58,973 nucleotides of DNA. Source: Anaerolineae bacterium (GTDB lineage Bacteria; Chloroflexota; Anaerolineae; J102). The translations under genes were made by a program, and so were the position numbers. The stretch lies in assembly GCA_011371305.1 (NCBI GenBank), contig DRQW01000009.1:1-58973 (forward strand). Reading direction: 5' to 3'. Shown here in pieces: positions 26,228 to 35,425 of the stretch (within the stretch, counting starts at the first letter, position 1; the number at the start of each line of letters is the position of its first letter). Under the pieces are notes generated by a model that was given only the letters and a program-made list of their open reading frames with translations, ran no database searches and had not been told where the DNA came from.

Positions 26228-26650
26228 TTATTCTCCGAAGATGGTGATGACCAAACGCCGTGATCGTGCCCGGTCTCGGTGTTCTCCCAGATAGATACCT
26301 TGCCACACTCCCAAGTTCAACCGACCATTGGTGATGGGGATGGTTAGCGAGCTGCCGATGAGGACGCTCTTGATATGTGCGGGCATGTCGTCGGGGCCTT
26401 CGTAAGTGTGACGGAAGTAGGACATATTGGGGGGAGCCAGATGACGGCTGAAATGGGATTCCATATCGGCCCGGACGGTGGGATCAGCATTTTCATTCAG
26501 CGCGAGTGAGGCCGAAGTATGTTGAATGAACAAATGCATCAGCCCCACCCGGATATGTTGAATCTCGGGCACTTCACGTAATATCTCATCGGTGATCAAA
26601 TGAAAGCCGCGCGAACGTGGTCGTAAAAGTATCGTTTTTTGTATCCACAT
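26228..26650 (-). CDS. yjbQ: YjbQ/UPF0047 family protein (secondary thiamine-phosphate synthase-like)
   Basis: MWIQKTILLRPRSRGFHLITDEILREVPEI...LFIQHTSASLALNENADPTVRADME...DDMPAHIKSVLIGSSLTIPI..GRLNLGVWQGIYL. Confidence 0.85.
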   Translation of the reverse strand: MWIQKTILLRPRSRGFHLITDEILREVPEIQHIRVGLMHLFIQHTSASLALNENADPTVRADMESHFSRHLAPPNMSYFRHTYEGPDDMPAHIKSVLIGSSLTIPITNGRLNLGVWQGIYLGEHRDRARSRRLVITIFGE

Positions 26651-26683
26651 GAGTGGTGTTTTTAGATTTCGGATTTGGAACGG

Positions 26684-26855
26684 AACAGGCACCACGCGCG
26701 GTCACGCGCCGATGCCGATGAAAATGCGTCGCGGCCAGGTTAGCGCGGGAAGCCGATCTCGTGATGCTAAGTCCTCACGTTTTACGCCCGCCGGCGCTTC
26801 GCGCAACGCGGCTTCGAGTTGATTTTGCTGACGAACACGACGTTATATCAGAACA
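26684..26855 (-). repeat. Dispersed repeat family, copy C (inverted orientation, longest copy)
   Basis: The reverse complement CTGTTCTGATATAACGTCGTGTTCGTCAGCAAAATCAACTCGAAGCCGCGTTGCGCGAAGCGCCGGCGGGCGTAAAACGTGAGGACTTA...ATTTTCATCGGCATCGGCGCGTGACCGCGCGTGGTGCCTGTTCC is nearly identical to 57198-57340. Confidence 0.85.
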
Positions 26856-26899
26856 GTTACATTGTAGCAAGGGCGTTTGTGATCGTCAATCAAAGTGAT

Positions 26900-26929
26900 T
26901 TGACGGTAAGGTTGGGCTTTCGTTATAAT
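26900..26929 (+). promoter_or_regulatory. Strong sigma-70-like promoter (TTGACG-18 nt-TATAAT)
   Basis: Hexamers at 26900-26905 and 26924-26929. Predicts a ~278-nt leader before the ABC ATPase ATG at 27214. Confidence 0.6.
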
Positions 26930-27037
26930 GTCCTTATTGTGATGAGACCTTTGTACCCTTTTAGAAAAGGAGGTGTCTATCGAAAAAACTGAAGCGGCAT
27001 TCTCATTTCCAAAATCATTCATCTTGTTTTGACCTGT

Positions 27038-27188
27038 GGACGCGTTTATCAGGCGGTGTTGGCGGTAATGCCCGCAGGCAGACCAGCCAAGGACGCAACG
27101 GCCACAGGGGAGTCCGGATGAGTAATCCGGCCCTCTGGCGTCCAGCCCTGACCTGACGACCGAACAGTTCTGCTGATAAACGACGTCT
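27038..27188 (+). ncRNA. Candidate structured 5-prime leader or riboswitch-like element (class unknown)
   Basis: A closing helix pairs GACGCGTTTATCAG (27039-27052) with CTGATAAACGaCGTC (27173-27187). An internal long hairpin spans 27091-27143 (GGACGC..GCCAcAGGG..TCCGGAT-gagta-ATCCGG..CCCTcTGGC GTCC). The 3-prime arm ends 12 nt before the AAGGAGAG RBS. Confidence 0.4.
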
Positions 27189-27213
27189 TCCATCTCACCA
27201 AGGAGAGATTTTT

Positions 27214-28320
27214 ATGGCCAGCGTGGATTACGAACATGTCACCAAGCGTTGGGGCGATGTCGTCGCCGTCAACGACCTTACTCTGCACGTCCATGACAAA
27301 GAATTCATGGTTTTCGTCGGCCCGTCGGGGTGTGGAAAATCCACATCATTGCGGTTGCTCGCAGGACTGGAGGAAATTACCGAAGGGGTTATCAAAATCG
27401 ATGACAAGATCGTGAACGATGTGCCCCCCAAGGATCGGGACATCGCCATGGTGTTCCAGTCCTATGCGCTTTATCCTCACATGACCGTGTATGATAACAT
27501 GGCTTTTGGCCTGAAATTGCGCAAAGTCCCCAAGCAAGAGATCGATCGCAAGGTGAAAGAGGCTGCGGAGTTGTTGGGGATCAGCAACCTGTTGGACCGT
27601 AAACCTAAGGCGCTTTCCGGTGGTCAGCGCCAGCGCGTGGCCTTGGGCCGTGCCATCGTCCGCAATCCCAAGGTATTCCTCCTGGATGAGCCGCTTTCTA
27701 ACCTGGATGCCAAATTACGTGTTGAGACCCGCGCCAACCTAACCCGGTTGCACAAACGCCTGGGCGCTACCTTCATTTACGTGACTCATGATCAGGTGGA
27801 AGCGATGACCATGGCCGACCGTATTGCCGTGTTACGTGATGGCATCCTCCAGCAGGTGGACGCGCCCCAGGTGCTTTACAACCATCCCGCTAACGTCTTT
27901 GTGGCTGGTTTCATCGGCAGCCCCAGTATGAATTTCTTCGATGTTACCCTGGTCGAGGAACAGGACACAAAGAAATTATTCGTGGATGGCGGCTCATTCC
28001 GGCTGCAAGTGCCCCCTAGTATTGCCGAGAAGGTGCGCAAATACAAGGGCCAGCAGTTGATCTTTGGTATCCGACCCGAAGACATTCATGCTGCGGCATA
28101 TATGCCACCCGATATCGAAGCCGCGGCCCTCAAGGCCGAGGTGGACTTCTCCGAGCTTATGGGGAATGAAATTTTCGTCTATGCGCTCACGGGTGGCAAA
28201 CAATTCATTGCCCGCGTCGATCCCCGTACTCGGGCGGTACCGGGCCAACCCATTGATCTCGTCGTTAATATGAGCAATATGCATCTCTTTGACCCCAACA
28301 CCGAAGTCGCTATTGTTTGA
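27214..28320 (+). CDS. Sugar ABC transporter ATP-binding protein (MalK/UgpC/MsmK family), with no adjacent permease or binding protein
   Basis: MASVDYEHVTKRWGDVVAVNDLTLHVHDKEFMVFVGPSGCGKSTSLRLLAGLE...LSGGQRQRVALGRAIV...FLLDEPLSNLDAKLR, plus a C-terminal TOBE-like regulatory domain. Confidence 0.9.
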   Translation: MASVDYEHVTKRWGDVVAVNDLTLHVHDKEFMVFVGPSGCGKSTSLRLLAGLEEITEGVIKIDDKIVNDVPPKDRDIAMVFQSYALYPHMTVYDNMAFGLKLRKVPKQEIDRKVKEAAELLGISNLLDRKPKALSGGQRQRVALGRAIVRNPKVFLLDEPLSNLDAKLRVETRANLTRLHKRLGATFIYVTHDQVEAMTMADRIAVLRDGILQQVDAPQVLYNHPANVFVAGFIGSPSMNFFDVTLVEEQDTKKLFVDGGSFRLQVPPSIAEKVRKYKGQQLIFGIRPEDIHAAAYMPPDIEAAALKAEVDFSELMGNEIFVYALTGGKQFIARVDPRTRAVPGQPIDLVVNMSNMHLFDPNTEVAIV

Positions 28321-28343
28321 TGCGTCTGCACTTTGTATGACCA

Positions 28344-28379
28344 GGGGATGGCCGAATGCATCGAGCCATCCCCTTTTTT
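28344..28379 (+). terminator. Intrinsic terminator
   Basis: GGGGATGGC-12 nt-GCCATCCCC followed by TTTTTT. Confidence 0.8.
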
Positions 28380-28465
28380 ACGTCTCTGGCATACTTCCTA
28401 AGTTCTAGGAATATCCCCAGCCACCACCTCGGTTTTCCAGCGATTTTTCAAACGTGGAGGGAATC

Positions 28466-29695
28466 ATGATCGTCACAGATCACAAAATTTATCAGGAACT
28501 TGCTCAAAAAAATGACAATAAAATCGTCCTTCTGGTCTTAGATGGGCTGGGGGGATTGCCCATGGCTCCCAATGGTCTGACTGAATTGGAGGCTGCATAC
28601 ACACCCCACTTGGATCGCTTGGCACGGGAGGGCAGCAGTGGGCGCTCTATCCCAGTACGTCCAGGGGTGTCGCCCGGTTCTGGTCCCGCCCATCTCGCTT
28701 TGTTCAGCTACGATCCTGTGCAATATGAAATAGGTCGGGGTGTATTGGAAGCGTTGGGGATTGGCTTTGAATTGGGTCCCAACGACCTGGCCGCTCGTGG
28801 CAATTTTGCTACGGTGGACGCGAGGGGTCTTATCGTGGATCGCCGCGCGGGGCGAATTCCCACCGAAGAATGCATCCGCCTAACCAAGAAACTTCAGGAA
28901 AACACCAGCCTGGCTGAAGAGGGCGTGGAGGTGTTTGTTTTGCCTGTCAAGGAACACCGTTTTGTGGTGATCTTCCGTGGCGAAGGATTGGGAGGTGAAT
29001 TGACGGAGACGGACCCACTGATCACCGGTAAGCCCCCATTGCCTGTTCGGGACCTTAGCAACACGCCCGAAGGCCGCCGTACCGCAGCGTTGGTCAACAA
29101 ATGGATCGACCAAGCACGGGCTGTGTTGGCCGATGAACCCCGGGCCAACAGCCTGAACCTGCGGGGCATTGCAAAGGACCCCGGCCTACCCCAGTTTCAG
29201 GATATCTTCCAGCTCCACGCTGCGGCCATCGCGGTTTATCCCATGTACAAAGGTGTGGCCAGGCTGGTGGGCATGACCGTCATCGATTTCAAAGGGGATC
29301 GGCCTCATCACCAGATAGCCGCGCTGAAGCAAGTTTGGAATGACTACGATTTCTTTTTCATTCACATCAAGAAAACCGACAGTTATGGCGAAGATGGGGA
29401 TTTTGAGGCGAAAGTTCGGGAGATCGAGGCGGTAGATGCGGTGATCCCCGATATCCTTGCGTTGCAACCCAGCGTGCTTATCGTTACTGGCGATCACAGT
29501 ACACCGGCCAAATTGCGCGCGCATTCATATCATCCCGTTCCCACCCTGTTCTGGGGCCCCAATGTGATGCAAGATTCAGTTACCTTTTTCGGGGAACGGG
29601 CCAGTGAGGGGGGCGCGATGGGGGTCTTCCACGCCACGGAGATCATCCCGTGGGCCTTGGGCTACGCCGATCGCCTGAAACGTTTCGGTGCTTGA
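28466..29695 (+). CDS. apgM: 2,3-bisphosphoglycerate-independent phosphoglycerate mutase, archaeal-type (ApgM)
   Basis: MIVTDHKIYQELAQKNDNKIVLLVLDGLGG...HIKKTDSYGEDGDFEAKV...TGDHSTP. GGAGGG lies 5 nt upstream of ATG 28466. Confidence 0.85.
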   Translation: MIVTDHKIYQELAQKNDNKIVLLVLDGLGGLPMAPNGLTELEAAYTPHLDRLAREGSSGRSIPVRPGVSPGSGPAHLALFSYDPVQYEIGRGVLEALGIGFELGPNDLAARGNFATVDARGLIVDRRAGRIPTEECIRLTKKLQENTSLAEEGVEVFVLPVKEHRFVVIFRGEGLGGELTETDPLITGKPPLPVRDLSNTPEGRRTAALVNKWIDQARAVLADEPRANSLNLRGIAKDPGLPQFQDIFQLHAAAIAVYPMYKGVARLVGMTVIDFKGDRPHHQIAALKQVWNDYDFFFIHIKKTDSYGEDGDFEAKVREIEAVDAVIPDILALQPSVLIVTGDHSTPAKLRAHSYHPVPTLFWGPNVMQDSVTFFGERASEGGAMGVFHATEIIPWALGYADRLKRFGA

Positions 29696-29715
29696 TGTAC
29701 AAAGTCCGTGAACAT

Positions 29716-29772
29716 ACGCAACGCAGGCGCCAAGGGATGCGGGATCTGTGTCCTACGGCGCTTGCGTTGCAT
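29716..29772. terminator. Long hairpin between convergent apgM and lrp-like genes (possible bidirectional terminator)
   Basis: ACGCAACGCAGGCGCC ... GGCGCTTGCGTTGC(AT)G, with about 14 bp paired. Followed by only a weak T-rich tail (TTGTTTG). Confidence 0.45.
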
Positions 29773-29799
29773 GTTGTTTGATCCCAGAACAAGAAGGCG

Positions 29800-30300
29800 C
29801 TATCCCTGTTGATCTTCAGTCAATAAAGGCAAGGCGTAAGTTTCTTTGACTTCTCGTAGCACTACGCTGGTGTGCACTCGCCCCACCCCCGGGATGCGCG
29901 AAAGTTTATCCACCAAAAAACCTTCCAGATCGCGGCGCTGACGCATCACGACTTTCAACAGATAATCGAAATCGCCCGTGACGTGATAACATTCCACCAC
30001 TTCGGGCATTTCCAAAACCCGGGCATGAAATGTCTTCACCCAATCCGGCTGATGTTTTTCCAACGTTACATGCACGAAGCACAACATTTCAAAGCCCAAT
30101 TTTTCTCGGTCCAAAATGGCCATATAAGCTTGAATGATGCCGCTTTGTTCCAGACGCTTGAGGCGAGCATGGGTGGCGGGCTGTGAAAGATCGATGCGTC
30201 TCGCCAGTTCAGCATTACTGATTCGCCCTTCCCGTTGCAGGATGTCGAGGATTTTGAAATCGATTTTATCCAGCTTGTGTTGAATCGACATTGCAGCCAT
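29800..30300 (-). CDS. Lrp/AsnC family transcriptional regulator
   Basis: MAAMSIQHKLDKIDFKILDILQREGRISNAELARRIDLSQPATHARLKRLEQSGIIQAY... HTH plus RAM domain. Confidence 0.9.
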   Translation of the reverse strand: MAAMSIQHKLDKIDFKILDILQREGRISNAELARRIDLSQPATHARLKRLEQSGIIQAYMAILDREKLGFEMLCFVHVTLEKHQPDWVKTFHARVLEMPEVVECYHVTGDFDYLLKVVMRQRRDLEGFLVDKLSRIPGVGRVHTSVVLREVKETYALPLLTEDQQG

Positions 30301-30544
30301 CCCTTTGGAAGAACCTGTTGGAAAAAACCTTTTTATGAGAAGAATCTAAAATAATGAAAAGATATAATACGGTATTTGCGAAGATCCGTCAAGTTTTTGC
30401 GAGGGCCCAGATGTGTTTTAATTCGCCTCCCCCTGCCGAGAAAATACTTCTATAGGGGCTAGTTTATCCGACAGCACCGCAATGTGACTTTGCTTCCTTC
30501 GATGAATATATCGCCGCTGGGAAATTGAAATTCGCCACAAATCA

Positions 30545-30567
30545 CGCGGAAAGAGCAGCTTCCCGCG
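30545..30567 (-). terminator. Possible terminator hairpin after the kinase-like gene
   Basis: Minus sense: CGCGGGAAgctgctcTTTCCGCG followed by TGATTTGTGG. Weak U-tract. Confidence 0.35.
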
Positions 30568-30603
30568 AAATTCTTTCAATGGGCACTAAGTTTATCACTG
30601 CTT

Positions 30604-31614
30604 CTAGGGAAGCATGCGCGCGAAATGCTGGTTGATGCGACGGATAACCAGCACGCGCAGGCCCGCGATATTGCGTTGTTTTTCCTGCTGAACAAAGTCC
30701 GCCCAACGTTCAAGAAGACGAAGCGTGGTGTAAGCTTGAATGAGGGGCTGTGGGGGCAAGGTACGCACGGACTGGTAACCTTCCAGAAAGGCTGTTTCGG
30801 TTCGATGAATCACCGCGCGTGGATAGGCCATTTCGCCCACCATGATCTGCCATTTGTCGATGGTACGAAGTGCGGCCAGAAACCAACCGATATCCAACGC
30901 GGGCTCCCCAAAAAAGGCAAGCTCCGTGTCCAATACAGTCACCTGCTGCGGAGGATGACAAAGCACGTTGCGGAGGGTGAAATCGCCGTGGAGGGGAACG
31001 CTTTCATGTGCGGACGCGGCCAATACATCTGTTCTCTCCCGAATTCGCTTTTCATCCATAGGGTCCAACCCCCCCGCACGCAATGCGAGCAACCAGTGCT
31101 CGCGTTGGGCCAGGGGGTTGGGCGCGGGGCGCGACCATCGAGGCGGCGTAAGCTGATGCAATACGCCCAACCATCGTCCTGCTTGCCAGACGAAGTGCCG
31201 GGCTAACTGGCAACCGTTCTCCGGGGCCCAACTCCGACAATCCCTCATGCGAATGTACAGAGGGGCTCCTTCCACCCGGAGCATGATCAGCGCGGGCGGG
31301 TCCTCCCATGCATCCAAGGCTCTGGGCACGGTGAGATGAGGGTATTCAGCCAGATGGGTTTCGAGCAGACGATGGGCCCGGAATGCCAGATGCACATCCG
31401 CGGCTTTCCGTCCTTGAGGCACTTTGACTACGAGCTCGGTCAGGGGAAGACCATCCTCCAAGATGGTAAAGGGGAAAAGCCGGGAATAGGTTCGCAGGTC
31501 GGGCGGCCCTGAAATCCGCAGATCGAGCTGCCCGCGCGCTTCGGGAAAGTAGCGGGGCAACACGGGGCGGAGTCGCGTGAGCCAGGCTTTTTGTTGAGGC
31601 GTGGGATTAGCCAT
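30604..31614 (-). CDS. Aminoglycoside phosphotransferase (APH)/protein-kinase-like fold phosphotransferase
   Basis: [11 protein letters not shown] (HxDxxxxN catalytic loop) and [19 protein letters not shown] (D-x-E metal site). ATG 31614 overlaps the upstream stop by 8 nt. Confidence 0.75.
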   Translation of the reverse strand: MANPTPQQKAWLTRLRPVLPRYFPEARGQLDLRISGPPDLRTYSRLFPFTILEDGLPLTELVVKVPQGRKAADVHLAFRAHRLLETHLAEYPHLTVPRALDAWEDPPALIMLRVEGAPLYIRMRDCRSWAPENGCQLARHFVWQAGRWLGVLHQLTPPRWSRPAPNPLAQREHWLLALRAGGLDPMDEKRIRERTDVLAASAHESVPLHGDFTLRNVLCHPPQQVTVLDTELAFFGEPALDIGWFLAALRTIDKWQIMVGEMAYPRAVIHRTETAFLEGYQSVRTLPPQPLIQAYTTLRLLERWADFVQQEKQRNIAGLRVLVIRRINQHFARMLP

Positions 31615-32857
31615 AAGCCCGTCGTGCTTCTTCGGCAATAATAGCGATACCCCGGCGCACCACGTCATCTTCTTGGGCATAGCTGACCCGCAAGCATTCG
31701 TGGCGATGCCGCCAATCTTCTTTCAGTCCGGGGAAGAAGTAATGGCCGGGCACCACAATCACCCCTCGTGCTTTGAGGCGGGTGTAAAATTCGGCGCTGG
31801 TGATGGGCAGGTCGGGGAACCATACCCACAGGAAGAATGCGCCTTCGGGCTTGTGTATGCGATAGGGCGTATCCCCCATGAACTCGGCAAACCAGGTCAG
31901 CGTTTTTTCAGCTTTGCTTCGGTAATATGGCCCAACAACTTCATGTCCCAATCGAATGATCTCACCCGTCCGGGTCATATCCAGGGCTAGGCCCGCGCCG
32001 ATGTTCCCTGGCGCCAGGCTGGCGATGGCGTTCATGCTGGCTATGGCTGAGATGATGCTTTCGTTGGCCACGACAATCCCTGTGCGTGTGCCCGGCATCC
32101 CAAGCTTGGAAAGGCTTAGCAGCAACACAACGTGGTCATCCCACAGGGGTTTGGCCTCGGTGAAGATAATGTTGGGGAAAGGTGTGCCATAAGCGCCGTC
32201 GATGATCAGCGGGATGTCGTGCTTATGCGCGATTTGCGCCAGGTGGGCCATCTCGTCATCGGTGAGCACATTGCCTGTGGGATTGGTGGGCCGAGATACG
32301 CAAATGGCAGCGATATCGTCGCCCACTTCCAGATGGGCGAAATCCACATGATATTTGTAGAGCACGTCGTCGAGGTATTCGATGCTAGGCTTGGCAGAGA
32401 CAAAGAGATCATCCACCACCCCCACATTGGCATAGCCGATGTATTCGGGCGTCAGGGGTAACAGGATGCGGCGGAAGGTGCCATCAGCTGCTTCCCCGCC
32501 GAAGAGGTTGAACAGGTAAAAGAATGCAGTCTGGCTTCCATTGGTCAGGGCGATATTCTCAGGCCCCAGCTTCCAGCCGAATTCCCGGCCCAGCAGTTGG
32601 GCCATGGCTTTGCGAAATGCGAGGTTGCCCGCGGGGGGCGCGTAATCGTTGATGATGCTATCGAAACGGTCTTCGTCCAGGAGCAGGTTGTACATGTGTT
32701 GTCGCAAGACGCGCTGCACCTGGGGGATCTTGGCGGGATTCCCTCCGCCCAGCATCATCATGGGCTCGTCGCTGCTTAGGGCGTCGCCTAAGTCCGCCAT
32801 GAGTTGGAGAATACCCGAATGGGCTGTGAATTTCTGTCCGAATTTGGAAAATCGCAT
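31607..32857 (-). CDS. Class I/II aminotransferase, valine-pyruvate (AvtA)-like
   Basis: [48 protein letters not shown].. closely parallels the E. coli AvtA N-terminus as I recall it. Includes [11 protein letters not shown] (PLP lysine motif). Confidence 0.8.
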   Translation of the reverse strand: MRFSKFGQKFTAHSGILQLMADLGDALSSDEPMMMLGGGNPAKIPQVQRVLRQHMYNLLLDEDRFDSIINDYAPPAGNLAFRKAMAQLLGREFGWKLGPENIALTNGSQTAFFYLFNLFGGEAADGTFRRILLPLTPEYIGYANVGVVDDLFVSAKPSIEYLDDVLYKYHVDFAHLEVGDDIAAICVSRPTNPTGNVLTDDEMAHLAQIAHKHDIPLIIDGAYGTPFPNIIFTEAKPLWDDHVVLLLSLSKLGMPGTRTGIVVANESIISAIASMNAIASLAPGNIGAGLALDMTRTGEIIRLGHEVVGPYYRSKAEKTLTWFAEFMGDTPYRIHKPEGAFFLWVWFPDLPITSAEFYTRLKARGVIVVPGHYFFPGLKEDWRHRHECLRVSYAQEDDVVRRGIAIIAEEARRAYG

Positions 32858-33017
32858 GGGAGTTTTCCTGAGATGGTTGGATGGGAACATGTGGAAACGA
32901 CGTGCGTATTGTACAAAGCGGCGCCCCTTCGTCGCAAACGGCCGATGTTCACAGGACCGGTTGGGTTACGGGAATGGATTTTGCGATATGCGCCATGAGG
33001 GTCGATAATAAGGGTCC

Positions 33018-35399
33018 ATGAAGCGCGTGCTCCCTCTCCTGCTCCTGACGCTGATCCTGCTGTTGGCCGCGGGGTTGCGGCTTTATCGGCTGGATGGGCA
33101 GAGTTTTTGGGCGGATGAGGGGAATTCGGTGGTGTTGGCACGCGAATCTGTGGGTGAGATCATCCAGGCTGCGGCCGCGGATATCCATCCCCCGGCGTAT
33201 TATCTGATGCTGAAAGCTTGGGGGCAGGTGTTTGGGTTGCGTGAGCGCGGCGCGAGGAGCCTTTCTGCGTTACTAGGTGTTTTGGTGGTGCTAGGCGTGT
33301 ATCTTACAGGCGCGTTGTTGAAGAACAAACGCACGGGCCTGCTGGCTGCATTGCTCGCGGCCGGCAATCCCTTCCTTATTTATTACAGCCAGGAAGCCCG
33401 CATGTATCAGCTTTTGGCGTTGGCAGGAGTGTTCAGTGCATGGGCTTTTCTCCACTGGATCCGGGATGCTGCCTTGATGGGGAACCGGCCTCCTTTCGCG
33501 GCTTCTGTGTTCTATCTGCTTTTCACCACGCTAGGACTTTATACCCACTACGCGTTTCCTATTCATCTGGTCACCCTCAATCTTGTCTTTTTCATCTGGC
33601 TGCTGGTTTCTGATGGCCGAGTGGCGCGCAAAGTGTGGAATTGGTTGTATTGGAGTGTCTTACAGGGGATATTGGCGATTTTGTTTCTACCCTGGCTACC
33701 TGTTGCGTTACGGCAGCTTTCGGTATGGCCTCGTCCCGAAGTTACGCTGGATGGTCCTCAGGCTCTGATAGCCACTTACCAGTTGTTCCTGTGTGGCCCG
33801 ATCCCATGCCCCTTGCCTGGGATGATCCAGCTCATTTTAGGGGTGTTCTCAGCGGTGCTCGTTGGTTGGGGGCTCTGGCGGCAGTGGCGCCACCAAGGGT
33901 TGACCTGGCCTCATCTCACATTGCCATTGTTCTGGCTGGTGTTGCCCATGCTGGCTATGATGGTTTCAAAGGCGTTTACACCAACTTTCTTCAAATTTCT
34001 CCTTCTGGCTTTGCCTGCGTATTTGCTGCTGTTGGCGTTGGGCTTGGATGCAGTGGGAATTCCCTCCTTGCGACGCCCGCGCATCGTCATGCGCGGGGAA
34101 CAGCGGGATTGGGCGGTCATCCGAACCTATACCCTGACACCCATTTTCGTGCTGATCCTGCTCCTGCCAGCTGTGCCTTCTCTCAATCGCTATTATCATG
34201 ATCCCACGGTGGCGCGAGATGACTACCGTGGCATTGCCGCCTATTTGAAAGCGGTGGCCGGGCCCGAGGATGTGGTGATCCTAGTGGCCCCGGGCCAAAT
34301 CGATGCTTTCAGCCAATATGATCATGGCCCAGCTCCTGTATATCCCTTGCCTGAGGATCGCCCCATGGTGAAAGAAAAAACCCAGGCGACGCTGGATGCG
34401 ATCCTTTCGCGTGCGAGGCGTGTCTTCGCCATCTACTGGGCGGAGGAGCAGGCCGATCCCGACAGCTTTATCGAGAGCTATTTGGGACAGCAGGGATTCA
34501 AAGCCTGGGATGTGTGGGTGGGGCGGTTGCGGTTTGTAGCCTACAGCGCCGCCCCTCCTCCGGATCTTATTTCTTTTGAGCAACCTGTGCGCTTTGGAGA
34601 GAATATTTTGCTTCAAGGGGTTGGATATAGCATCGAGCCTTTGCAACCAGGGGATATCGCTCGTGTACGGCTGGCCTGGTTGGCCACCGCGCCCCTGGAA
34701 ACGCGCTATAAGGTCACGCTCCAGCTGTTGGATCCGGCGAATCAGGTGGTGGCGCAGGTAGATAGTGAGCCCAATGGGGGAGCGCGCCCCACGACCACTT
34801 GGCGACCGGGAGAGATCGTGGAGGACGGCTATGGGCTGGCTATCCCCCTGGCCACGCCGCCCGGACGCTACCCATTGATTCTGGCCATGTACGACGCGAA
34901 GACGGGTGGGCGGTTGCCGGTTTCCGGGGAAGGTGCGCGAGGTGACCACCTGTTGTTGGGCGATGTCACCGTTGTTCCACCTGAACAACCATTGGTCTTC
35001 CTGTCCATCCGCTATCCCACGGATGAAGTGCGCGGCCCTTTTCGTTTCCTCGGGCATGACCGCTATAAACAAGGCTTTGCCCACGCGCCCGACACTCCCC
35101 TTCAACCAGGCGATATCTTGCATCTGACTACCTACTGGCAGGCGTTGAAGAAACCCGACGGCGATTACCAATTTGAAGTCCGTATGGATACTACCCCACT
35201 AGGGCGCTATCATTTGGCTGGGCCGGGTTATCCCACCCATCAGTGGCTTCCCCAATTCCCATGGCGCGGGGAACATGCCATCCCATTGCCTCCCGAACTG
35301 GCAACGGGCCGAAGGCACCGGCTTTGGCTCCAACTGCTCGACCCCCACGGCAATCCCCTAGGAAGCCCCATCGAACTCAAACCCATGCTGCGTTATTGA
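33018..35399 (+). CDS. Glycosyltransferase family 39 (ArnT/PMT-like GT-C) with a ~390-aa C-terminal extracytoplasmic domain
   Basis: MKRVLPLLLLTLILLLAAGLRLYRLDGQSFWADEGNSV...IHPPAYYLMLKAW, followed by about 11 TM segments and then a soluble C-terminal half. Confidence 0.8.
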   Translation: MKRVLPLLLLTLILLLAAGLRLYRLDGQSFWADEGNSVVLARESVGEIIQAAAADIHPPAYYLMLKAWGQVFGLRERGARSLSALLGVLVVLGVYLTGALLKNKRTGLLAALLAAGNPFLIYYSQEARMYQLLALAGVFSAWAFLHWIRDAALMGNRPPFAASVFYLLFTTLGLYTHYAFPIHLVTLNLVFFIWLLVSDGRVARKVWNWLYWSVLQGILAILFLPWLPVALRQLSVWPRPEVTLDGPQALIATYQLFLCGPIPCPLPGMIQLILGVFSAVLVGWGLWRQWRHQGLTWPHLTLPLFWLVLPMLAMMVSKAFTPTFFKFLLLALPAYLLLLALGLDAVGIPSLRRPRIVMRGEQRDWAVIRTYTLTPIFVLILLLPAVPSLNRYYHDPTVARDDYRGIAAYLKAVAGPEDVVILVAPGQIDAFSQYDHGPAPVYPLPEDRPMVKEKTQATLDAILSRARRVFAIYWAEEQADPDSFIESYLGQQGFKAWDVWVGRLRFVAYSAAPPPDLISFEQPVRFGENILLQGVGYSIEPLQPGDIARVRLAWLATAPLETRYKVTLQLLDPANQVVAQVDSEPNGGARPTTTWRPGEIVEDGYGLAIPLATPPGRYPLILAMYDAKTGGRLPVSGEGARGDHLLLGDVTVVPPEQPLVFLSIRYPTDEVRGPFRFLGHDRYKQGFAHAPDTPLQPGDILHLTTYWQALKKPDGDYQFEVRMDTTPLGRYHLAGPGYPTHQWLPQFPWRGEHAIPLPPELATGRRHRLWLQLLDPHGNPLGSPIELKPMLRY

Positions 35400-35425
35400 A
35401 CTCGGAATAACGAAGATTTTCGTGG

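Noticed and set aside
26684-26855. Whether the dispersed repeat copies are insertion sequences or MITEs
   Set aside because: No transposase or integrase ORF is present. I could not identify terminal inverted repeats or target-site duplications by eye. They are therefore reported only as a structured repeat family, not as mobile elements.
26955-27031. 17-codon leader peptide after AAGGAGG (ATC GAA AAA ACT ... TTT TGA)
   Set aside because: It would need a non-canonical ATC start, or a GTG placed too close to the Shine-Dalgarno sequence. No supporting evidence.
27061-27170. Possible cobalamin or TPP riboswitch, or SRP RNA, in the ABC ATPase leader
   Set aside because: GGCAGACCAGCC only loosely resembles a B12 box, and the other cobalamin core elements are not in the expected order. 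There is no CUGAGA/ACCUGA TPP core. The GTCAGGTCAGG on the minus strand lacks the GGAA tetraloop and symmetric loop of SRP domain IV. The class is left unknown.
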